Positions 37,759-49,487 of a stretch of DNA of 64,000 nucleotides are shown piece after piece. Source of the stretch: Trichosphaerium sp. ATCC 40318. Taxonomy: Eukaryota; Protista; Tubulinea. The translations under genes were made by a program, and so were the position numbers. The notes below the pieces were generated by a model. It did no database searches and was not told the DNA's origin. It saw only the letters and a program-made list of their open reading frames with translations. The stretch covers positions 1 to 64,000 of the forward strand of contig JALMLS010000100.1 of NCBI GenBank assembly GCA_038496445.1, in the 5' to 3' direction. How positions within the stretch are numbered: position 1 is the first letter of the stretch; each line of letters starts with the position of its first letter.

Positions 37759-39263
37759 ATGGAAATTAGTACGTGCGCAAGCGCTGTAGATATAAATCGC
37801 TTGTTTAGTGGGTTTTTTTTGGACATCCCTAACGGATTATAGGTACTAACACTACCGCTCCAACCACGGCACCAGGGCATACCCAAATTACAAATTTCAT
37901 AGTCGGTTCTGCTCTTGTTATTGCAGGTCGAGTACAACACTTCTTAATTAGGAGATATTGACTGTAACTGCCTAGGTGGTGCATTGAATGGATCTTTTGC
38001 TGCGCCTATGGTCATAGCAAGGAAAGAGTGGACTTTTGAAATCGTGTGGATGGTATACTCTTTGTTTGGCATTTTACTTTTCCCCTGGGCTACAAACTTT
38101 GCAGTTAATCCTCGTGTCTTTACAGAGGTATATGAACTACAATGTGTTATCCCTAATGTATAATAAGGTTTATATGCATATAGACTTGCCTACTGTCCTT
38201 GCAGTAATATTTTTATGTGTGCCTTGGGCACTTGGAAGGTTCGTTGGATTTTTACTGTTAGTGTAATATGCTTGTTTGACTTTGGAGTTTGTAGTGTCGC
38301 TTTGGGTTATGGTATCACTATGATAGGCCAATCTCTTTCATTTGCTATTATAGTTGGTTTAACTTCATCTATTGGTACACTTGTGCCTTTGTTAATTTTC
38401 CATACTGAAGAGGCGAAAAAGATTGAAGGAATTCTCATTTTTATCTCACTTGTGTTCGTCGCTGGTTCTCTAACATTCTTGGCCTGGGCCGGGAATATTA
38501 AAGAAAAGGAACAGAAAAATAGTAAAGAATCAGAAGCTAACGAAAAACTCATAAACGACAGAAATCCAGACGACATTGAAGTCGTAGAAAAAAAGGAAGC
38601 GCATTTCTAGGATTGCTACTGTGTATTGCTTCGGGTGTACTATCACCAGGACTAAATGTGAGCATCTCTTATGCCAACAAAATAGTAGAGAGGTCGAATG
38701 ATGTAGGCATAAACAAATACGTACAGAGTGTAGCAGGTCTTACACTGGGGATAGCAAATCTTGGTTTTATGTTCAATTTCTTTATTCCTCTGATTTTTGC
38801 TGTTGTAAAAGGTGACTTGCACCGTCTTTTTAAGTCATCAGGAAAAGCACGTGCAGTTCATTTTTCATTAGAATTTACAAAATAGTTTAGGTTAAACTGG
38901 TGTATTGCTACCTTTGTGCTATTGGAATGGGTTTAGCTTGGTGGTTGTCCTTCTTGATCTATGGAACTGGAACTATTTTTATCGGAAAATTAGGCACTTC
39001 TGTTGGTACTTCCTCAACCGTTCTATATTTTATCTGTCCCTTATTGGTTTAAGGATGGGCTATGTTTATGATAGCTGCAATTGTATCAAGTTCAAGTTGG
39101 GGTGTAATATGTGGAGAGTGGAAAGGATCACGATTAAAGTCGAGATTACTAATGTCTTTTGGTACATTTTTAGCAGCACAATGAAACACTTATAGTTTTA
39201 GGGTTACTGTTACTATTTATCGCTGCTGTTTTCATAACTGTAAGTGGTGTTCTAAGTGTATAG
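37759..39263 (+). CDS. RhaT-like (L-rhamnose/H+ symporter, DMT superfamily) multi-TM transporter
   Basis: GGALNGSFAAPM...WTFEIVW, IGQSLSFAIIVGLTSSIGTLVP, WGVICGEWKG. Start approximate. Confidence 0.75.
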
Positions 39264-39492
39264 CGCCTTGAGAATGATTGATGTCTTGTCACACTGAACA
39301 AATACATTTTTTAAGTGGTAATATTGCGAGTTTATGTTGAAGATTCTTTGATTGAATAGCGACAGTAGTATTTAAATCTTGGTGACAAAGAGATGCGTTG
39401 TAAACTGTGCATTAAGTCGGTTCCTTAAGTGACCAAATTAGTTTATAGTGACACGTGAACGAACAGAGTGACTACCAACAGTACAGGAACTT

Positions 39493-40926
39493 ATGTACTG
39501 GATTATTGCGTTAGCTACTGTATGCTTCCTATACTGGCTATTTAATGTATCTCGCAGTTTAAAAAGCACTAAGAGAGGTAAATACCTTTCACTGCATCAA
39601 AATTAATATAAGTGGAAGTTAAACAAGGTGTTGCCGTTGTGACGGGCGCCAACGGCGGCATTGGCTGGTCTACAACCCTTCATTTGCTTGAGCACGGGTA
39701 TACAGTGTTTGCTTGCGATATTAACGTTTCTCGACTTGAGGAAACCTACAAAGAGCACGAACGTGTATACATAGTACAGTAATACTATAAAGTAACATTG
39801 GTAACAATAGCACTAAACTTGATTTGCAGGATGGACGTGACAAAAATGGGAGACGTTGAAAAACTGAAACAACAAGTGAGTAGTTCCTCATGTGTCAGGA
39901 ACTAAAGTACATCAGGTATTTGCGCACAATAAAGGGGTTGACGCTTTGGTCCACGTGGCTGGTATTGGAGGCACGTTTTGATTAATATTAATATTGGGTT
40001 TTTTTTACATTGACTTGTAGGTAAGCCAGGTCCACTTATGATGCAGGCACGTTAAACATGATCTGTTTTAGTTAATGTTAGCATTGCATAGGAAAGTAAG
40101 GAGATGCATAAAGTATTATCTGTGAATACCTATAGCGTCCACATGCTCACAAGAGCACTTTGGCCTAAAGTAAGAATAACAAATGTTAATAGTTTGTACT
40201 TAATTTGGGCATAGTTGCTAGAGAGTAAAGGAAGGATAATAGTGTTGACATCCTTGCTCTCACGCATGGCTGTGCCTTTCTTGGGTTTTTATTGCACAAG
40301 TAAAAGCGCTTTGGAAGCTTATTGTGATACACTAAGAAGAGAAGTTTCCAGACTAGGTGTAAAAGTGTGACAACAAAACCTTTGTTTAAAAACACTAAAG
40401 CAAACCCTAGGTGGTAGTTATTCAGCCAAACAACGTAAAGGTAAGTATTCTTCTATGACGTGACAATGTAACTACTGTCTTAACATTCCTGGCTTGCAGA
40501 CAGATATGCCTGCAGATGCTAGTCGCAACTTTGCTTCTTGGATTGAACAAAATCCAGATACACCATGGTCAAAGCATGTTATTGGCTTGTACAACAGAAT
40601 GCTAAAGAACAATCAAAAAAGGGCCATACCAGCACAAAGCGTTGCAGAATGTATACACTATTCAATATCAACAGTACACAAACAACAAACCGTTAACAAG
40701 AATTTATTTCATAACAAAACTTGTTTAGGACAACCCCAAACCACGATATTTTGTAGGAAGATTTGCAGCATTGTATGCAATCGTAAAACAAGTTCCAGAT
40801 TATGTAATTGATATTGTTTTCAACTTCATCACAAGATAACACTTGGAAGAAAAGCTCCATTGGTACCAAAGCCAACAGAAGCATCCAATCATATTTTACC
40901 ATGATTTCTTGTCTCAAGTATTCTAA
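39493..40926 (+). CDS. Short-chain dehydrogenase/reductase with an N-terminal hydrophobic anchor
   Basis: VVTGANGGIG, MDVT, HVAG, YCTSK. Confidence 0.88.
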
Positions 40927-40938
40927 AGGTAGTTAAGG

Positions 40939-43900
40939 CTATGGCAATAAATTAAACTGTACTTTGAGTACTATGATGTATTTTGGAAGCGCTTGCATCT
41001 CTTGAAAGACAACTAATTCATCAGCAGTCTCACCTTTAAAATTTTCTGGTGCTGGTTCTCTTATGCATCCACGTGCTGCTTTTACCTTAACATAATGGCT
41101 TTGGTAACCACTAATACATGGTTTACCGAGAAGGGAGTCAGTGGACTTAGGACACTCCACCACAGGATAAATATTACCGGGAACAACAGCGCTAAAAGGC
41201 GATTTAAAATTTTAGACTAAATTCAAAAACAAGTACCATAGCATCACGTGAACACAGCCTTCTGCATCAGACTTAGCGTACTGTTTAGTGTACTAGGGTG
41301 AATAAACTAAAGGTACAGAGTTGAACAAGGTACCTTTATAGACGTTGAAAAGTACATTCCTTTTCCTAGGTGAAGGTTACAAAAGACTAGCTCCAATAGA
41401 TATTATATACCGAACCAGCCACCATCTACAGTTGCCATTGTAGCGAATCCAGTTTGTACTATTTTCCAGGCGGATTCCTTGGTAGTACCATGTGCCATAG
41501 GTAAAACAGGAACCTGGAGAAAAGGTTAACAGTTGTTAGGGTAAAGATCGTACAGCATTTTTTAGGTTGTATTCGTAGCTCTTGATGTTTTCCACAAAGG
41601 AATCAAACACTTTTTGTCGTAGATTAGGCTGAGACTTATTTCTCCAGTCAGTTTTGGAAAACTTTTCAGGTGAAGTCCGCCATTGAAGTTTGAGTTTCTC
41701 TTGGCCCATTTTAGCAAATAAAAGACAAAAGTATGTTTACCTCTGTAGAACTCAAAGGCCGACTTATGAAGTTCGTTAACAACAGCATATGCCCCAACAA
41801 TATGGTTTGTATCTCCACCAAGCTTAGTAAACCATTCTAGCATACGGGCGTACTCTTAAAGTGATAAGTAAAGAATCTCTTTGTACTTCCCTACGAACCT
41901 TCAGTTGCTGGTTGTATCTTAAACGATGAGTAAGGTATTGTATCGCTTCCAAGTATTTTCCACCCTGCTGTAGCGAGAAACTTTGTAGAAAACTCCCAAG
42001 GCCTTCTTGGCCTATTGTCGAGTCTTTCAGACGAATGAATAACATTCTGTACTGTCGAATCAACTAAACAAAAATAAGAAAATAATACCGATTGTCAGTC
42101 TTACCTTTTGGCTTTGCAATTACACGTGCAACAGATTCTGTCTTTTTTCGTAGTTTTATACATAGCTTTGGCTTACTTGGGAGGCTAAGTAAAATACATT
42201 AAAATTGCCTAAATAAAAGCAACTAAAGCAAAGCGTACTCATCCAAGGTATCAAAAGAATAGTATTCCAAGAAATCCCTTGCCCAACAAAATAAGTCAAA
42301 ATCCTCATCCAATCCATATTTGTTAGCAATCTGACGTTTGAGGTCGTCAATATCTACTACCTCGAGAGACAGTCTCCGTTTCTTGCCGTTGAACTCTATT
42401 AACGCAGTGAATGACTTTGGCGCTCGTTTTGGGGTAAATATTGTTGTTTCAAGAGTGTCTTGGTTGACTTTGTAGTACTTGTCTTTGTACTCGAACACTG
42501 TTCCATTATTTGCCAAATACTCTGTGAAAGTATTCCATTCTCCTTTCATTTCTTTATCTTTATAATAAAAAGTACCAGTGATGTCATCACCAATATACTT
42601 GTTTCCGTTATCACCGCAAATGATAGTATGTTTTCTTGATTTATTCAATAAATCATCTTTCCAATCACCCTGTTTTACAGAGCCATCCGCAGACGTGAAT
42701 TTACCGATACCATGTTTAGCACCGTATAACCAATGCCCTACAAAAGAATCGCCATTTGCATATATCATTGTACCTTGTCCATCAGGTACAAAAAAAGAAA
42801 CACTCCCAGAGTAAACATCTCCAGTACCAAAAGTAATTTGTCCAAAACGGAACATGTCATTCTCCCATTCGCCAATATAACATGCTCCTTTTTTCTTCCA
42901 TAGTTTTCCCATGCCCTCTCGTTTATCTTTAACCCAAGAACCATCATAAACGCTTCCATCAGCGTAAGTCATTACACCTAGGAACAAACAAAAAAATAAG
43001 AAATACAACCTTAACAAAACAAGAGCAAAACAAGTACCTGTTCCAATTCGTTGAGGATCAACACCACGAACTTTGTCAATATCAGAAGGTTTTTCAACAA
43101 GCTTCCACCCATCTCTGAATCTCATATACTTCTTGTACTTAGCAAACTTCCATGTGCCTTTAAAAACAGATCCATCAGGATAAGTTATTTGTGTGCCAAT
43201 ACATTCACAAGGTGTCAAGAAGAAATGTCCGCTCTTTGCTTGCCCCCAAAGACCTTCACATTTTTTACCATCATTATAGTACATCACACCTCCACCAATC
43301 GCCCTAGATGTCTCAAATCTACCCTTGAATTTCTCTCTTGTTTCACCTTTAACAGGTTCAAAGTACTTTGTTCCGGTTCCTGCATTAGGATTGGCAAGAG
43401 TGTATTCTCCAGTACACACTGTACCCCAACTAGCCATAACTTCCCCTTTTCTGAATTGTCCTTCACTCCATAATCCTTTATACTTCCAACCTGTTGTGTT
43501 CTCCATAAAAAGTTGTGGTTCAATAGAATTGTTGATAAAAAGCCTTTGTAATAACGCTTTATGTTCTACAGCAACTTTTTTACTGTACCCTTCTGTATCA
43601 TAGAAAACTCCAGGACGTTTTTCAAAATAAATCTGACATGGTTTGGTATAGCCTTTACCATGTAAAAGACCATTCTTAAAGTTACCTAAAAATCACGTGA
43701 TTACGAGAAAAATTATTTTAAAGTTACAGTTAAAATCGAACCTCTTTGTTTTTGTTTGTTGAAATACTTTGTTCCTGTCCCATTTGGTTTAAACCCCTGT
43801 ATGTCGCCATAATATATAAATACGATTTCATTTGAATCCTTATCAACTTTTTTAATGAGCCCTCGAGGCAAATCACCAGAAACGAACTTTCCTTCCCATA

Positions 43901-44047
43901 TAGTAATGTATCCACCCTTTGTGACAGTGTAGCGACCCTTTCCGTTGGGAGCTGCCAAAGCTATTTCACCTTCGTAAGTGCCATCTTTCCAAGCACTATC
44001 GTACAAGTTAAAATACGTAGGCAACGCAAAGCGCACGTGTTGCCCAT
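40939..44047 (-). CDS. MORN-repeat protein with a C-terminal PARP-like ADP-ribosyltransferase domain
   Basis: YxGxW MORN repeats; HGTT, GWFGKGMYFST, DELVVFQEMQALPKYII. Confidence 0.82.
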
Positions 44048-44275
44048 ATTGGTAGCTTAGATGAGTTTGTTTTATTATTTTCTTGAAGAATATTCACTAA
44101 GTCGCGACAGTTGCGTGATATGGTACAGTGTTTGTTGCCGTCACTCGTAAATGTGGCCCACAATTTATAAGAAAATAGTGCGATGTTACGGTTCAATAGT
44201 ACCAATGTAAGAGTAGACCAATGTTAAAGCAAGAAAAAGGACTACATGCAGTTATTCAGAGAACTTGATTCTCCT

Positions 44276-45903
44276 TTATTTTGCATCTTTGGAGGAGCGC
44301 ATTCGCACTGCTGCGTCAAGCAATCTGCCTGCCGCAATGACAATGTCTTCTTTACATAAATGACCAAAACATAACCTTACCCAACTATCTAAACCACTTC
44401 CCGTACACGTACACGTGTTACCAGTATAATAGATAACTTTAGAAGCTCTACAATGCTTTAAAAATTCATCCGCTGTGATATCATTTGGGAGCTTCACCCA
44501 CAAGAACATACCACCTGAAAAACCTCTCAGCATGTTTAAACATAAAAATCGTTGGGTTTACCTTTTGGTTTTGTGTATGTTAAAGGGAAATCAGACTCGG
44601 CGCCAAACTTGTTATCCAACACTGTACATAATGCGTTAAGGTTTTGCGTGAACGCAGTTATTATTTTATCAATGTGTGGCACAAGTAATCCAAGAGAAAT
44701 CATGCTATCAACTTTAAGGGTAAACTTATATTTAGGGCTATATACCTATTTACTAACTGAGGAGCATAGTTTTGATTACCGCCGCTCGAAAGTTCACCAC
44801 ACGTATCTATTTTATTTCTAGTTGTATAAGAACGATACTGTTTTGTATAAGATACGTACAATAGCCGATGATTTGTGATGTGATACCAACCAAGACGCAT
44901 TCCAGGGCTGAGGATTTTCGAAAAAGAGTGTAATGATACAACTCCTCCAGTATCTGATGATGTATCAATAGATGCTAGTGGAGGTGGTGGAATGTATCCG
45001 CCAAATGATAAGAGTTGGTATACTTCATCAGAAAGAATCTAATACTTTCCATTAATGGCATTCATGTCACGTGTTTAATTGTACTATAAAATTATATTTA
45101 ATTGACATGTCTACTAGCTTTTTCCGCCTCTCGACTGATAACGTAATACCAGATGGATTCTGATGAACTGGTATAGTATACAATAAGCTAGGCTAAAGAA
45201 GGTTACGATACTACAACAAAATCGAAAACTGCTACCTTATGCTTGATGCACAGAGCTTCAAAGCTATCATCAACGATAATACCTACATAACAAGTGAATA
45301 TAAAGCTTTTAGACAATAACTTGACCTTCCTCGTCCATCGGCATGGGTACCACATCCATACCCAAGTCTTTTGAGAAAATATCTAGACGACTTTGAGAAA
45401 ACTATCAAGGTAATACTCAATGTACCTGACGCAAGAAAATACGTTGGTTGCTCAACGAACACAACTCCGTTAGGCTTTCCAAAAAGCCTGGCAGCTTGCG
45501 CTACGCCCTGTACAAAAGTGAGAAGCCGAAACAAAGTTTAACGTTGTGCATGTTTGTTTACATTTGAATTGCCACTAGTGAGGATAATTGAGTGACCCTT
45601 CACTGGGTTGTTCTTGTATGAAGGTTGAGCGCTTAAAAACGTAGCCAGATTTTCGCGAAAATGATCATTACCAGCGTTTGAAGAATAATTCAAAAATCTG
45701 GCGCCATCTTGTTCCAAAGCGTGCTACGATGCGTCAAAATGAATAAGGTACGAATTTGTACTAAACGTTACAAAATATGAAAAACCATACCTGCGTTGCC
45801 TTCAAAAACAAGTCTTTTGGGAGTAAACTGTCATTTGGTTGGCCTACAAAACGTTTAGTATCTTACACCAATTCAAGCGTGTACCATTTGCAAAAGATAA
45901 CAT
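44276..45903 (-). CDS. PLP-dependent aminotransferase class I/II (ARO8/MocR-like)
   Basis: VEQPTYF, YTIPVHQNPSG, SDEVY, SFSKILSPGMRLGW, GGMFLW, RLCF. Confidence 0.9.
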
Positions 45904-46027
45904 CAGCAGAATGTTACTATTACTTTTACACAGAAACGACAATTAAATAATCAAAAGAATAGAAAAGAAGCAACAGCTGTCAAACGAATTCTCGTTTTTT
46001 CCGTTTTCCCAAATATAACTCTTCACC

Positions 46028-47319
46028 ATGGAAGAAACTTTCCGTACTCTCCATTGGGTATTTAAGATTGGCAGTTTGAGTACGTAAAGCGGACAAATAC
46101 ACGGTAGATAACATCCCGTAGAAAAGTCTTTCGATTTTTTTACTGAGACCTTGGGCATGCGAGTTCTACGCCACGAAGAGTTCTCTGCTGGTACGAACCA
46201 CAAGAGATGTAAGTGTAACAATTTATAATTGCGAACAGGTTGCGAGGCTACATGCAATGGTCCATACGCTCGCCCATGGAGTAAAACAATGATTGGACAC
46301 GGTCCAGAGCTCACCCATTTCGTAAGTAAAATACAGCCATCTAACCTAACGTCTACGCATAGGTGTTCGAGCTCACATACAATTATGGTATTAAGGGTTA
46401 TGATAAAGGCAACGACTTGAGGTTTGTACACTTTGCTTGTACCAGTGTTTTAACATTTCTAGACACATTGCTATTACCAAGGGATGCCTCCAAAAGCAAC
46501 AAGACGCTAAAGAAGTAACTGTAAGACAAAATTAAGTGTCTAACATATTTCTAACCACTCCAGGACCCTGACGGCGTAAAATGGATTGTACAAGACGTAC
46601 CTAAGAGAGACAACCCTATCTTATGGGTACAGTAACAGTATTAGTCATCTTTACTTAATTGACGCTTGTAGGTCTCAATCTCCGTGTCAAACCTAGAAAA
46701 GTCAAAAGACTACTACACCAACATCGCAAAAATGACAGTTTTCAAGACTGGCAAAACAGAAAAAGGAGAAAACTTTATTCGCGTGCGTAGAAATATTTAC
46801 AAGAATAAAATGGCCTCCGACGTCTTATCAAGAATTACTAGGTTGGTTATGATGAATCCAAAACATGTCTTGAACTTGTTGAAATAGGAAAACCAATCGA
46901 GCATGCTGATGCATTTGGTAGAGTAGCAATCGCTTGTAAAACTGTAAAACCAGTTGAAGCTCGCTGTAAAAAAACAGGTTCGGTTTTTGGTTACTACAAT
47001 CCAAATATTTGTTTTGTAACGCAATTGACAGGAGACAAAATTCAACATGGCCCTATAGTCTTGGATACACCTGGTAAAGCATCTTGTGAGGTAGTAATTG
47101 TACAAGACAGGCACGTTCCGATACTGGTGAGGTAATTAATTAACTTGATTTGTAGAGATTCACATGAAATATGCTTTGTAGAAGAGGTAGGTTTTAACGC
47201 ACTGAGCGCTCCTGTTGATGGTGCTGATAAGGTACGCTTTACCATACAACATACCATCATAAGCAACTTATCATTCATCGAAGATTCCTTGGGAACAACA
47301 TATGATATATGCTAAGTAA
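46028..47319 (+). CDS. GLOD4: Glyoxalase domain-containing protein 4
   Basis: [38 protein letters not shown]. Confidence 0.92.
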
Positions 47320-47446
47320 TGTTGAAATAATGAATAAAAAGAACAACAATTTACAAATTGCAGTGTAAAACAAAAACGAAAACCAAGGCAAATATTTCCC
47401 AACACGTTTTATTTGGCCGGACACATAATTAGTAGCAATGAACTTT

Positions 47447-48761
47447 CTACCACCCAGGTACATCACCAGGCTTCTTTGCCATCTTGTAATACGTGCCAGT
47501 TGGCCTACCAGACTCCTAAAAATAAACAATCAATTTTTTGAAAAAACAACAGTATTGCTATTTACCTTATTGTACGGCCTACCGTAATTTTGCAAGTGCT
47601 TTTTATCCTTCGCTGGGATATCTGATGCCTTGACATCCGGTTGAGGTACGTACTTTCCATCCACAACTTTGTAGTACATATTGTTCACAACAACACCCTC
47701 AAAATCTTTGACATCCCAACAAGCAAGCTCAGTGTGGCGTTGTCCATACTCAGCATAAAGCTGCTCGTGCATTACGTCATAATCAACACCCTTTGCTTTG
47801 AAAAAGGCCATGATTTCTTGAATTGGTGTGTCATCCTTTACAGGGTACGGCGAGTCAAGATCAGTTGCAGCGTCGAGAACCTTGATAATGTACTGCATTG
47901 GAAAGAAACGACCAGGTGTAAAGTGAACACCGTTAAGGTACTGGAGGTGTTGGAAAGGTAGGAGAGGGAGGAGCATAAATTGAAGATGGAGCTGGTATTG
48001 AGAAGGTGGGTAATTCATACCAGTAGCAATGTAAGGTCGCAATTGCTCAACATCCGTAATTTTAGGGTTGTTGACAAACTTTGCACGCCAAGCCTTGTTC
48101 GGCCAGAATTGCTCCTTGACTACCTTGAAACAGAGCTCATACATACGAAGTAGTATTGCTTTGCCCTCTTTCGGATTTTTCAAGAGGAATCTCCAATCTG
48201 GGATGTACCTAGAGCGCAATGAGACTGTAGTTGGTGGAAAGAGGCTGCTGGTATTATAGCGTACTTGGAAGTAGGTATGACGTTCAAATGACAGGGCGTT
48301 AGTGCGAGCAAATCGTCGAACACAATGAAATCAGCATCCTGGTGGCGCAAAGAGATGGTAAAAGGGAATGGGCCCTTTTGAACACCATAAATAAAGCCAG
48401 AAAAAATGTTGTTGGTGTACGAAATCTCGGTCGGTAAGGAAGCACCACAGGCATTACTAGTAGCGTGTTAAGGATTTGTGTATGATCTATTTCTGTACCA
48501 GTTCAGCAATGTAAACGCGTTCGGTTTACCACAAGAAGTACACTTCTTCACCTTATTGCGCACTTGTCGAAGGAAACCAGCGTTATCTTTGTGTTTTTCA
48601 ACAAGCTCCGACATTTTACCTGCGAATGCAGGTTCTGACTTCTCGCAAGGGAAATCAACGTGTGGTTGCTCAGTGATCGCATTAGCTAAATAACCAGTTG
48701 TGGTAACGTTAAAAGCGCCACCATTAACGCCAACAGCTACTGGGAATTGTGGCAATGACAT
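47447..48761 (-). CDS. Uncharacterised protein with an N-terminal CxxC zinc motif and a HIT/DcpS-like motif
   Basis: CTSCGKPNA...CNACG; YIPDWRFL; NYPPSQYQLHLQF. Confidence 0.7.
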
Positions 48762-49022
48762 TAGTTTTGTTGTTAAATGATGGTTTAGCGCTTCACTTAA
48801 GCAACACTTCCAATGTACAACAAACGGTACAATAACGAGTAGTACGCAAGCTCACAGTGTCGCCATGCAAATTGGCACTCTCCCAGCGCGTCATAAATTA
48901 TTTTGTCAAAACTGATAGGAAATGTGGCTACAGTCACAAAAGTGCTGAGACAAGCCGTTTACTTTACAAAATTGGTCGCTTACAAGACAAGTAGCGATGT
49001 TGGTTGGTCAAAAACTGTGATT

Positions 49023-49281
49023 CTACGCTCCCACGATAATATTATTGATAGGAATGTGAATAAGCTTTACAAAGAAGCCAATGAAACCCATAATTGCAAA
49101 GCCGATTAAAGTAGCGAGTGCGATCTTAGAGAACTCTACAATTGCTAATTAGACATGTGGTAAGCGTAACAATTTATTTCGTACCTTTCCAGTCTGGTTT
49201 AGAACATCTGTTGACGAGGCGTCTGCTGTCTTGGAAAAACTCTGAAAGAGGTTGAATAACTTGCTTTAGTGCTCTCTCCAT
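49023..49281 (-). CDS. SEC61G: Sec61 gamma subunit (2 exons; not in the ORF track)
   Basis: [10 protein letters not shown]...[25 protein letters not shown]. Confidence 0.97.
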
Positions 49282-49487
49282 TGTGTTGATTTGTACGTGG
49301 CGACTTCAAACAACCAGCGTTGACTTGGGGAAGTCAAATGTTTGGTTAAGTGTGTCGCGACAAATTTTTCAAGTCGGTCAAAAACGGTTGTAATTGGAGA
49401 TTCTTTTCTGGCAGTGACTGCTCGGTTATTTATTAAGCACAACAAAGTAGTTGCCACGGTGTTGGCAAAAAACAATGGTATTCACCC

